DNA from: Alphaproteobacteria bacterium
GTDB taxonomy: Bacteria > Pseudomonadota > Alphaproteobacteria > MPNO01
Reading direction: 5' to 3'
Length of the DNA stretch: 64,000 nucleotides
Assembly: GCA_965117055.1 (NCBI GenBank)
Contig: OZ220750.1
Coordinates: 4,358,011-4,422,010 of the forward strand
The notes under the pieces are model-generated. The model searched no databases, was not told the DNA's origin, and saw nothing but the letters and a program-made list of their open reading frames with translations. Shown here piece after piece: positions 25,006-33,898 of the stretch (its first letter is position 1; each line of letters begins with the position of its first letter). Position numbers and translations under genes: made by a program.

Positions 25006-25112
25006 AATACCCGATCGACACGAACGTCGTCCCGGAGTTGTGCGAGCACGACCGCTACGATGCGGCGGTCGCCGATTCGATGCCGTTCCTGAGTCCGCCC
25101 GAACCCGGATGA
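25002..25112 (+). pseudogene. vapC: Truncated PIN-domain toxin (vapC remnant, about 36 codons)
   Basis: Overlaps the antitoxin stop; reads LKYPIDTNVVPELCEH..., the canonical (L)LDTNV(I/V)SEL PIN N-terminus, then stops at 25110. Confidence 0.5.
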
Positions 25113-25161
25113 ACGTCGATATGTCTTTGACACCATATGCATACGATACCATGTTATTCCA

Positions 25162-25530
25162 GTGAACTGGACAGTAGAGTTGCACGTTGAGTTCGTGCCG
25201 GAATTTCGCGGTCTGCACCAAGACGTCCAGGATGAGATCTATGCCATCGCCCATCTGCTGGAGCATTTTGGACCGCAGCTCGGACGTCCTCGCGTGGACA
25301 CGTTGAACGGCTCGCACCATGTAAACATGAAAGAAATGCGCTTTGGCGCAGCCGGTGGAACATGGCGCCTCGCCTTCGCATTCGACCCCGAGCGCAAGGC
25401 CATACTGCTCGTTGCCGGAGACAAGTCGGGAAGCAGTTCCAGGCGGTTCTACCGGACGCTCATCCGCAAGGCCGACGAGCGCTTCGACCGTCACCTCGCC
25501 CGGCTTGCCGACAAAGGAGGATCGCGATGA
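25162..25530 (+). CDS. RelE/HigB-family toxin (Gp49/DUF891-like)
   Basis: 122 aa; ...WRLAFAFDPERKAILLVAGDKSGSSSRRFYRTLIRKADERF; ATGA overlap with the downstream HTH antitoxin. Confidence 0.75.
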   Translation: MNWTVELHVEFVPEFRGLHQDVQDEIYAIAHLLEHFGPQLGRPRVDTLNGSHHVNMKEMRFGAAGGTWRLAFAFDPERKAILLVAGDKSGSSSRRFYRTLIRKADERFDRHLARLADKGGSR

Positions 25531-25853
25531 ACGTGAGCCTGAAGGACATGATGGGGGACCTCGACCCCGCAAGGCGCCGCAAGATCGAGGATCGCGCCGC
25601 GGAGCTCATCGCCGAGGAGATGACTCTGCGGGAGTTGCGCAAGGCGCGGCAACTCACCCAGGTCAGCGTCGCGCGCGAGCTCGGCATCGGCCAGGACGGC
25701 GTCTCGCGGCTCGAACAGAGAAGCGACATTCTGCTGTCCACGCTGCGCAGGACGGTCGAGGCGATGGGGGGAAGCCTGTCGCTGATCGCCCGGTTTCCCG
25801 ACCGGCCACCGGTCGAGCTGTCGGGACTCGCCGAGCCGGATCCGCGCGACTGA
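25527..25853 (+). CDS. XRE-family HTH antitoxin (HigA-like)
   Basis: 108 aa; LRELRKARQLTQVSVARELGIGQDGVSRLEQRSD helix-turn-helix. Confidence 0.8.
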   Translation: MNVSLKDMMGDLDPARRRKIEDRAAELIAEEMTLRELRKARQLTQVSVARELGIGQDGVSRLEQRSDILLSTLRRTVEAMGGSLSLIARFPDRPPVELSGLAEPDPRD

Positions 25854-25880
25854 CCCGCGGAGCCCGCGAAGGAGTAGCCG

Positions 25881-28223
25881 ATGCCGACGCGATCCACCGC
25901 CGGGTTCGGCGTGGGCGCGAGCGTTCCGCGCAAGGAGGATGCGCGGTTCCTGCGCGGGCGCGGGCGCTATGTCGCCGACATCGCGATGCCGGGCGCGCTG
26001 GAGGTCGCGTTCCTGCGGAGTCCGCTCGGGCACGCGCGGATCCGCGATGTCGTCAAACCGGGCGGGGGAAATGTCTACCTCGCCGACGACCTGCCCGGTC
26101 TCAAACCGGTCCGCGTGGTGCCCGACATTCCGGGCTTCAAGCCGGCCGACCACTGGCCGCTCGCACGCGGCAAGGCGCGTTATGCGGGCGAGCCGATCGC
26201 GGCCTGCGTCGCCGCGACGCGGGCCGAAGCCGAGGACCTCGTTGCCGCCACGGTCGCGGACCTGGAACCCCTCCCCGCCGTCGTCGAGCCCCTCGCCGCG
26301 CGGAACGAACCGGCCGCCCTGGTGCACGAAGACTGGGGCGACAACGTCTATGTCGCGCTCCCCATCGCCGGCGGCGACATCGACTCGGTGCGCGGCGCGC
26401 CGGTCCGCGTCACCCGCGACTACCGCATGAACCGCCAGTCGACCATGCCGATGGAGGGGCGCGCCGTGCTCGCCCACTGGGACGAGCGTGCCGACGAGCT
26501 GGTGGTCCACCTGACCTCGCAGATCCCGCACATCATGCGGGTGGGCCTCGCCGAAATGCTGGGCCTCCAGATGCGCCAGGTCCGGGTGATCTCGCCCGAT
26601 GTGGGCGGCGGGTTCGGCGGCAAGGCGCGGATGATGCCGGAGGACCTCGCGGTCTGCGCCATCGCGCTCCAGACCGGCCGGCCGGTGCGCTGGATCGAGG
26701 ACGTGTCCGAGCATCTGAGCGCCGCCTGCCAGGCGCGCGAGCATGTTTACCGTATCACCGCCTATGCGGATGCGCGCGGCATCGTCGCCGGGATCGACGC
26801 CGAGATTACCATCGACGGGGGCGCCTACGCGCTCTGGCATACCGGCCCGTTCATGGAGACCGGCATGGCGGCGCGCAACCTGCCGGGCCCCTACCGGATC
26901 GAGCACTTCCGCGCCGAGACCTGGACGGTCGCCACCAACAAGCCGCCGCTCGGCGTCTATCGCGGCGTCGCGCGGCCGGGCGCCTGCTTCGCCATCGAGC
27001 GGACCGTCGACGAGGTCGCCCGGGAAGTCGGCCGCGATCCGCTGGATGTCAGGATCGACAACATGGTCGGGCCCGACGAGATGCCCTACCGCACGGTCTG
27101 CGACATGAAGTTCGACAACGGCGACTACCCGGAAGCGGTGCGCCGGGCGGCGCGGCTGGTCGACTACGAGGGCGTGCGCGCGCGTCAGGCCGGGCCATTG
27201 CCGGACGGGCGGCTGCTCGGCGTCGGGCTCGGCAGCTTCACCGAGCAATCCGCCCACGGCGCCGAGGAATGGGTGCGCCGCCGCACGCCGATCGTCGCGG
27301 GCTACGAGACCGCCACGGCCCGGATGCACGCCGACGGCACGCTGCACCTCCTGGTGGCGATCCACAGCCACGGCCAGGGGATGGAAACGACGCTCGCCCA
27401 GATCGCCTGCGAGGAGCTCGGCATCCACCCGGACGACGTCTCGGTCCGCTTCGGCGACACCGCCGTCTCGCCCTTCGGCATGGGCACCTTCGCCTCGCGC
27501 TCGATCGTGATGGGCGGCGGCGCGGTGTCGAACGCCTGCATCGCGCTGCGCGGCAAGATGGCCAGGATCGCCGCCCACCATCTGCAATGCGACGCCGGCG
27601 ACATCCGGTTCGCGGACGGCGAGGCGGCGGGGCCGTCGGGCTCGATCCCGCTCGCCGGGATCGGCCGCATCGCCCATCTGCGTCAGGAGCAGCTGCCCGA
27701 CGGCATGGACCCGGTGCTCGACGTGACCGAGACCTGGGAGCCCACCGAGTCCTCGGGCGTCTTCTCCTATTCCACCCATGCCACCGTGGTCGCGGTCGAC
27801 CCGGCGACCGGCGCGGTCGAGATCCTCGACTACGCCGTGGTCGAGGATTGCGGCACCGTGGTCAACCCGATGGTGGTCGACGGCCAGATCGCCGGCGGCA
27901 CCGCGCAGGGCATCGGCACCGCGCTCTACGAGGAGGTCGTGTTCGACGGCGACGGCCAGCCGCTCGCTACCACCTTCGCCGACTACCTCCTGCCCGGCGC
28001 GGCCGAGATCCCCGCGCTGTCTATCGGCCACATGGCGACGCCGGCGACATCGACCAAATTCGGCATGAAGGGAATGGGCGAAGGCGGCGCCATCGCCCCG
28101 CCGGCCGCCATCGCCAACGCGCTCGCCGACGCCTTCGCCGCGACGGGGGCGCAGTTCAACGAAACCCCGCTGACCCCGAGGCGGGTGCTCGCGGCGATCG
28201 GGGCGGCGGAGGGGGCGGAGTAG
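25881..28223 (+). CDS. Second molybdopterin-binding large subunit (xanthine dehydrogenase family), no adjacent small or medium subunits
   Basis: 780 aa; VPRKEDARFLRGRGRYVADI N-terminus; GVYRGVARPG active-site region; GMKGMGEGG near C-terminus. Confidence 0.9.
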   Translation: MPTRSTAGFGVGASVPRKEDARFLRGRGRYVADIAMPGALEVAFLRSPLGHARIRDVVKPGGGNVYLADDLPGLKPVRVVPDIPGFKPADHWPLARGKARYAGEPIAACVAATRAEAEDLVAATVADLEPLPAVVEPLAARNEPAALVHEDWGDNVYVALPIAGGDIDSVRGAPVRVTRDYRMNRQSTMPMEGRAVLAHWDERADELVVHLTSQIPHIMRVGLAEMLGLQMRQVRVISPDVGGGFGGKARMMPEDLAVCAIALQTGRPVRWIEDVSEHLSAACQAREHVYRITAYADARGIVAGIDAEITIDGGAYALWHTGPFMETGMAARNLPGPYRIEHFRAETWTVATNKPPLGVYRGVARPGACFAIERTVDEVAREVGRDPLDVRIDNMVGPDEMPYRTVCDMKFDNGDYPEAVRRAARLVDYEGVRARQAGPLPDGRLLGVGLGSFTEQSAHGAEEWVRRRTPIVAGYETATARMHADGTLHLLVAIHSHGQGMETTLAQIACEELGIHPDDVSVRFGDTAVSPFGMGTFASRSIVMGGGAVSNACIALRGKMARIAAHHLQCDAGDIRFADGEAAGPSGSIPLAGIGRIAHLRQEQLPDGMDPVLDVTETWEPTESSGVFSYSTHATVVAVDPATGAVEILDYAVVEDCGTVVNPMVVDGQIAGGTAQGIGTALYEEVVFDGDGQPLATTFADYLLPGAAEIPALSIGHMATPATSTKFGMKGMGEGGAIAPPAAIANALADAFAATGAQFNETPLTPRRVLAAIGAAEGAE

Positions 28224-28282
28224 GGTTGCGCAGTCGTCGTCGCGGGCACAAAGTACACTCAGATGTACATAAGGGATGCGAT

Positions 28283-28564
28283 GTGACCGAGAAGTATTCG
28301 ATCGCGGACGCACGCCGCAACCTGCCACGGCTGATTCGCGAGGCAGAGAACGGCAAGACCGTGGAGTTGACCCGGCGCGGAGAACCGGTCGCTGTGCTGG
28401 TCGGCCACCGGCAGTTCAGGCGGTTCTCCGGGAACCGGCGGGGCTTCGCGGCAGCGTACCGCGAATTCCTCGTGACGACCGACCTCTCCGAACTCGATCT
28501 CGACCCGGACGATCTGTTCGAGGGCGTACGGGACAAGAGCCCGGGCCGCGACGTGTCTTTGTGA
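28283..28564 (+). CDS. Phd/YefM-family antitoxin
   Basis: GTG start after AAGGGA; VTEKYSIADARRNLPRLIREAENGKTVELTRRGEPVAVLV is the Phd/YefM N-terminal fold signature. Confidence 0.7.
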   Translation: MTEKYSIADARRNLPRLIREAENGKTVELTRRGEPVAVLVGHRQFRRFSGNRRGFAAAYREFLVTTDLSELDLDPDDLFEGVRDKSPGRDVSL

Positions 28565-28567
28565 GCC

Positions 28568-28708
28568 GTGCGGTATTTGCTGGATACGTTTGTCGCAGTA
28601 AGGACAACAGGGGATTTGACCGATTCGTCTTTCGGACGAAAACATGCGCAATCGCGCGCGGAGATTGAACCCCTTCGCGGGCGGGTATCTTATATCGCCG
28701 GATACTAA
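28568..28708 (+). pseudogene. vapC: Truncated PIN toxin remnant (46 codons)
   Basis: VRYLLDTFVAV... begins 4 nt after the antitoxin stop and terminates early where base composition drops (islet boundary). Confidence 0.45.
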
Positions 28709-28769
28709 TATTCCCGTGCGACAGTGCTGCGCACGACTGCGCTTCACTTGAAGCGGAGCCGCTGTCTGC

Positions 28770-29561
28770 ATGCTTACGCCCCTCGACAGCTCCGAGGCCG
28801 AAGCACATCGAAGTATGCGGTCCCGCCGGAAGGCAAATGATATGCTGGTCAAATACTGCAAACGCGAGCACAACATAGCGAGAGGTTTCCGCACCATCCG
28901 TCTAGGAACCCTAAGGTCCTATCATGACGACGATCCCAACTTTCTGCGCGCCGATGATCACGAGGGGCGCTACAGCGTTTCCAAGGAACACGGCGTTGCC
29001 CTTAGAGGAAGGGAGGCAGCGGAGTTCGCCAATGTCGTTGGGGGGAACGCCGAGATTGCCGAGGGCGCAAAGGCGGTGCGCCACGAGCACTTCCCCAACT
29101 GTTTCATCTATTGTCTGAGCAAAGCCCCTCCGAGCCTCACCTTGGCGCACAGCCTTGATCCAGACTATGATGACTGGTTTGAGATTGCCGACGAAGCGCG
29201 TTTCACATCAAGGTTGTTCCGATTGTTTACCGAACAGGTACGATCGACCGACCTTGAACTGCCCAGTGGCATATCGTCGTTTCCTGATTGGAAGGTTCTC
29301 ACTATCGGTGATCCAGTGGTTTATGGCGAGCGGCAGGAGGTCCTTAATTCCGAGAACTTCGACGAGGTGATGGAGCCAGTTCGAAACTCGCTTAAACGGA
29401 TTTTCCTCAAGCCGCCCACCCACCAAGACATCAAAGAATACCGAATAGCTTTTGTGGTCACGGACAGCAAAAGAAGAGTGATCAGCGTTAAGGCACAACC
29501 AAAGGACATCCAGCTATTGCCGTCAGACCCAATCCTCTCGACCGTCGGCATAGCAGCTTGA
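28770..29561 (+). CDS. Hypothetical protein (orphan; weak DUF2971-like pattern)
   Basis: Low-GC ORF; likely start 28842 (MLVKYCKREH); motifs NCFIYCLS and IFLKPPTHQDIKEYRIAFV loosely recall DUF2971; no firm assignment. Confidence 0.5.
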   Translation: MLTPLDSSEAEAHRSMRSRRKANDMLVKYCKREHNIARGFRTIRLGTLRSYHDDDPNFLRADDHEGRYSVSKEHGVALRGREAAEFANVVGGNAEIAEGAKAVRHEHFPNCFIYCLSKAPPSLTLAHSLDPDYDDWFEIADEARFTSRLFRLFTEQVRSTDLELPSGISSFPDWKVLTIGDPVVYGERQEVLNSENFDEVMEPVRNSLKRIFLKPPTHQDIKEYRIAFVVTDSKRRVISVKAQPKDIQLLPSDPILSTVGIAA

Positions 29562-30029
29562 TCATTGCCGGGACCGACTACATCGGGCCTACATTACAGA
29601 ACGCCACTATGCTTGAATCCGCGAGCAGCTCGCAACGTGCACTTCCGAGATGCGACGTCGCAACTTTGTCCACCCGTCATTAGCGAGGGATTTCGTTTCC
29701 TACCAGAAGGGACCCTACGGTCGATGCGTACCGGCTTGCCGACGGTGTCCGTCGTTTTCGTCAGGGTTGCTCCCTCCCGCGCCAGGGTACCGCATCGTCG
29801 CCAAGGCGCACGATGAACGCCTCCAGTCCGACCATCGCAGCCGCGCCCCACCGCCGAGCCGTGGCCATGTCCTTTCGCCAAGCGTATCCTCGCCATGTAA
29901 TCAGGCTCCTGGTCTGGTCGCCTATTGAATTGGCTCAACCCGCGACATCCACGGGTCCCCGCTTTCCCGGAATCACATCGACAGGCCTCGAGATCAGCCA
30001 CTTCGATCCGTTCTGGATCGCCTGCGATA

Positions 30030-31016
30030 TCACCTTGGCGCCCTTATGTTGTAGGAGCGGCTCTGTCCGCGATGGGCGATTATGGGTCCCCCGGCGAATC
30101 TTAACCACTTTTGATCTGGCGAGAACACGTCGATGGGCACTAAACAAACGGATGGAATATAGAGGTCCCCCGCAGGTCTCTCGAAGAGCTCGTTCTCAAT
30201 CAGTTGTGTGTAAAGGTACAAAGCGGTTTCGATCACTATCGCGTGGTTGTACTGGACGCCGGCGACCAGCAAGTTGCTCAGGATGTAGGCGTCACTGTCC
30301 GCAATCATCTTGTCTCTGACGTCAGGTTGCCCAGTGGGCTTTAGCAGACGGTCCATAGGTGGAGAGTGAGCACCTTCAGTGTTGACTGTGACCTCTAGAA
30401 TTTTTCGCAGTGAAATGCCCTGTCCGTTGAATATCACCAACTGCTGAGCGAGCCAATCGTCGCAATCAAGAGTTGGAGTTGAGGTCATATCAAATAGGTT
30501 CTTACTGTGAATCATCCATGGATCATCGTTTGTTGGTTCGTGGAGCCACTCCGCCATTCCGGCCAATGGCCAGTGAATGGTGAATACAAGCTGTTGCTTT
30601 GACGGTTTGGAAATATAGGTCTTGCCCGCGTCTGGCTCGTCTATCTTGGTCATTTGCATGGCGAAGAACAACTCTCTTGAGATGGTCAGCGTTCTGCGGT
30701 CTACTGATATCTTTCGAACTCTGCTGAATAGGAGGTTTGCAGCTTTGCAAATTTCATCGTTCAGTAGCCGTGTCCTTCGGTCACCTCTGTCGCCGAGCAC
30801 CAACTTTCTGATGAACAAAGAGCAGGCCCTAGCCAGAGCCTTCGTCGTCTCGCCCTGCGGGTAGGTCCCCTCCAAAGCGGCAAACCCCGCGATTACCACC
30901 TGGAGGTCGATCATCGTCTCCAGGATTCTCATGCGTTGATCTCTTGCCGGATTCGGGGCTATAGGCACACCTTCTGATGGAACAAATGGCAGCTCTTCCG
31001 GCTCCTTGCTACTCAT
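30030..31016 (-). CDS. Hypothetical protein (orphan)
   Basis: 328 aa from ATG 31016 (GGAGAA SD); low-GC; convergent with 28770..29561; no recognisable motif. Confidence 0.5.
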   Translation of the reverse strand: MSSKEPEELPFVPSEGVPIAPNPARDQRMRILETMIDLQVVIAGFAALEGTYPQGETTKALARACSLFIRKLVLGDRGDRRTRLLNDEICKAANLLFSRVRKISVDRRTLTISRELFFAMQMTKIDEPDAGKTYISKPSKQQLVFTIHWPLAGMAEWLHEPTNDDPWMIHSKNLFDMTSTPTLDCDDWLAQQLVIFNGQGISLRKILEVTVNTEGAHSPPMDRLLKPTGQPDVRDKMIADSDAYILSNLLVAGVQYNHAIVIETALYLYTQLIENELFERPAGDLYIPSVCLVPIDVFSPDQKWLRFAGGPIIAHRGQSRSYNIRAPR

Positions 31017-31356
31017 TCTATTCTCCGCTTTCTCTATTGGAGAGGACGCGGTAGCGCCATTGGAATCCCCTCGGTGCTGAGTCGAGTCCCCTCGATAACA
31101 GCTACGTCTTCGCCTCACCAAAGCGTCCCGAGACTCCTACAAGGCCACGCGTGCCTGGCATCAACTCAACTGGCGCAGGTATCAGCCACTCGGCACCCAC
31201 CTCGATCGCTCCGTGTATCGGGCAACCTCCTCGATGACTGAATCGTCGCTCCCATCACAACTTGATCACCGAAAAGCCGCCCGAGTCCATCACGTGATCG
31301 ATGTTTCTGCGCGCCTATCTGGGCATCCGCATGTAGAGCGCGTCCATGTCGGCAGC

Positions 31357-31655
31357 AAGGCTGTCCTCGATCCTCCGGACGGCGAGGTGCGCGTCGAGGT
31401 GCGCTTCGACCGGGAAACGGTCTGGCTGACCGGACAACAGATGGCGGAGTTGTTCGGGCGGGACCGCTCCGTCGTGATCCGGCACATACGAAACGCCTTC
31501 CGAGAAGGAGAACTGGAACCGGAGGTAACTCGTGCAAAATTTGCATTGGTTCGATCCGAGGGGGGACGGAAGGTCTCGCGCGAGGTGGACCACTACACTC
31601 GACGTGATCGTCTCCGTCGGCTACCGCGTCAAGTCCCTGCGCGGCACGCGGTATA
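31357..31655 (+). pseudogene. RhuM-family protein remnant (frameshifted, truncated)
   Basis: EVRVEVRFDRETVWLTGQQMAELFGRDRSVVIRHIRNAFREGEL, then after a frameshift LDVIVSVGYRVKSLRGT; matches remembered RhuM blocks. Confidence 0.6.
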
Positions 31656-31799
31656 GTCAACCTGTTGGCGGAGCCCGCCGCGTAACCCGCTTCGGCGAAT
31701 ACGGTGTCGAGGCCGTCGATCTCGCCGACCTCCCCTCCTTGCCATAACCCGGCGACGCTGTTTCCATTCCGGATCGCGCTGTCCCGAAGGGAGACCCCC

Positions 31800-32840
31800 A
31801 TGCCGCTCACCTGCGCCCATCTGGTCGGCAGCCTGCCCTATCCGGACGCCGACACGACGTTCCGTGAGATTACGCGCCGCCTCGGCGGGCACCTCAAGCG
31901 CATTCCGGACGGCGAGACCGGGGAGCGGGCGCGCTGGATCTTCTGGCAGCGGGCCAAGGTCGCGGAGCACCCGGCGATGGAGATCGCGGCGGACGAGGAC
32001 ATGGCGCGGATCCACCAATGGGACGGCAAGCTGATCCGCGAGTGGGAGCTGTTCCGTTTCAGGCCGGACGTCGATCCGGCGGCGGTCGAATTCGATCCCG
32101 GCTACGCGCCCGAGGCCATCGCGTCCTACGCCCGGTTCGCCGCGCTGCGCGAAGCGGGCACGCTGCCCGAAGGGGTTCGCTTCCAGGTCTGCCTGCCGAC
32201 GCCGATGGCGGTCGGTTACTGGTTCGTCTCGCCCGCCGCGCGGCCCGATTTCTTCGCCGCCTACGAGCGCGCCTTCAAGGCCGATCTCGCGAAGATCTGC
32301 GCCGCGATCCCGCGCGAGGACCTGGCGATCCAATGGGACGTCTGCCAGGAGGTGCTGGCGTGGGAGGGCTATTTCCCGAACCGGCCGGACAGCTACAAGG
32401 AAGACATCGTGGGCATGCTGGCCCGGCTCGGCGACGCGGTGCCGGAGCCGGCCGAGCTCGGCTACCACCTCTGCTACGGCACGCCGAACGACGAGCACGT
32501 GGTGATGCCGGAAGATCTCGCCAACGCGGTGGAGATCGTCCACGGCATCCTCGCCGGGCTCGCGCGGTCATTGCAGTTCGTCCACGTCCCGGCGCCGAAG
32601 CACCGCGACGACGACGCCTATTACGCGCCGCTCGCGGGCCTGCGCCTGCCGGAGGGGTGCGAGCTCTATCTCGGCGTCATCCACCACGACGACCGTGAGG
32701 GCGACAGGCACCGCATCGCCGCCGCGTCGCGGACGGTGTCCGATTTCGGCATCGCCACCGAATGCGGCTGGGGCCGCGGCGACCCGGCCCGCGCCCCCGG
32801 CCTGCTCGACAGCCACCGGATCGTGCTGGAAGGGAGCTGA
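31800..32840 (+). CDS. Conserved hypothetical protein, possibly MetE/UROD-like metal-binding fold
   Basis: 346 aa from ATG 31800 (GAAGGGAGA SD); HLCYG and ECGWG resemble MetE-type zinc ligands; function not assignable. Confidence 0.55.
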   Translation: MPLTCAHLVGSLPYPDADTTFREITRRLGGHLKRIPDGETGERARWIFWQRAKVAEHPAMEIAADEDMARIHQWDGKLIREWELFRFRPDVDPAAVEFDPGYAPEAIASYARFAALREAGTLPEGVRFQVCLPTPMAVGYWFVSPAARPDFFAAYERAFKADLAKICAAIPREDLAIQWDVCQEVLAWEGYFPNRPDSYKEDIVGMLARLGDAVPEPAELGYHLCYGTPNDEHVVMPEDLANAVEIVHGILAGLARSLQFVHVPAPKHRDDDAYYAPLAGLRLPEGCELYLGVIHHDDREGDRHRIAAASRTVSDFGIATECGWGRGDPARAPGLLDSHRIVLEGS

Positions 32841-32911
32841 TCCGCGCTTGCCGTTGCCTCGGGTGCCGCGCTAGCCTGTCCCTACGCTCGCAGGGAAACA
32901 TGGAGGGCACG

Positions 32912-33874
32912 ATGAATCCCCGTCTCATCGCCGTCGCCGCGGCCGGCGCCGCCGCGCTCGCCGTCGCGACCGCCCAGGCCGCGCCCAAGGTGCTGGACCT
33001 GACCCACCCGCTCCCGACCTACAAGCCGATGGCCGACGATCCGACGAAGGCGGATCTGACCAAGCCCTGGGGCGATGCGAGAAAGTTCCCGAGCTTCGGC
33101 GCGCCGGCGATCCTCGCGATCGGCCAGTTTCCCACCAGCGACGGGCATTTCGATCTCGGGACCCTCACCGTCGGCGAGCATCACGGCACCCATATCGACA
33201 CCGCCGGCCACTACATCAACAACGAGAAATCGATGGAGCCCGGCGGCATCGCGCCGGGCAAGCGCAAGCTGGTCCACCAGCTCACCGCCGAGGACCTGAT
33301 CGGCAGGATCGTGCTGATCGACGTTTCCGGGCGCGTCCAGGCCGAGCTCGACAAGAACGGCGGCAAGCCCAGCCCGGACAAGTCGGTCACCGACTTCTCC
33401 AACTCCTCGCCCAACGTGGTCGGCGCCGACGACATCGCGGCGGTCGCCGACAAATTGCAGGACGGCGACTGGCTGGTGCTCAACTTCGGCTGGTCGCGCT
33501 TTTACTTCCAGGGCGCCGACTTCATGAAGGACCCCTATATCAACGGCTTCAACTATCCCGGGCTGAGCAAGGCGGGGGTCGACAAGCTGATCGAGGTGAT
33601 GGAAGCGAAGAAGATCAGGATCAGGGGCATCGTCGCCGACAATATCGGCATCGACTCGGGCGAGTCCGGGGTGGGCGACGACGACAAGTGGACCAATTCC
33701 TGGCACGCCCATGTCCGGCTCTTGCAGCGCGGCCTGCTGTTCGTGGAGAACGCGGCCAATCTCGGTCTGCTCGCCCAGGTCGACGACCCCGGCAAGTGCC
33801 TGCTGGCGGTGGGCGCGCCGAAGCACGTGCGCGGCACCGGCGGTCCCTCACGGGTGATGGCGATCTGCAACTGA
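32912..33874 (+). CDS. Secreted cyclase-family protein (kynurenine formamidase-like)
   Basis: Signal peptide MNPRLIAVAAAGAAALAVATAQA; HHGTHIDTAGH metal motif; alternative start 32900. Confidence 0.75.
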   Translation: MNPRLIAVAAAGAAALAVATAQAAPKVLDLTHPLPTYKPMADDPTKADLTKPWGDARKFPSFGAPAILAIGQFPTSDGHFDLGTLTVGEHHGTHIDTAGHYINNEKSMEPGGIAPGKRKLVHQLTAEDLIGRIVLIDVSGRVQAELDKNGGKPSPDKSVTDFSNSSPNVVGADDIAAVADKLQDGDWLVLNFGWSRFYFQGADFMKDPYINGFNYPGLSKAGVDKLIEVMEAKKIRIRGIVADNIGIDSGESGVGDDDKWTNSWHAHVRLLQRGLLFVENAANLGLLAQVDDPGKCLLAVGAPKHVRGTGGPSRVMAICN

Positions 33875-33898
33875 CGCCGGCAGCGCGGCGGATCGGGG

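Noticed and set aside
21092-28328. 834-aa and 945-aa minus-strand ORFs (21092..23596, 25491..28328) and 710- to 1073-aa plus-strand alternative frames across the Mo-hydroxylase genes
   Set aside because: These are shadow ORFs of the large-subunit genes. They have no motifs, extreme Arg/Gly/Asp bias, and no ribosome-binding sites.
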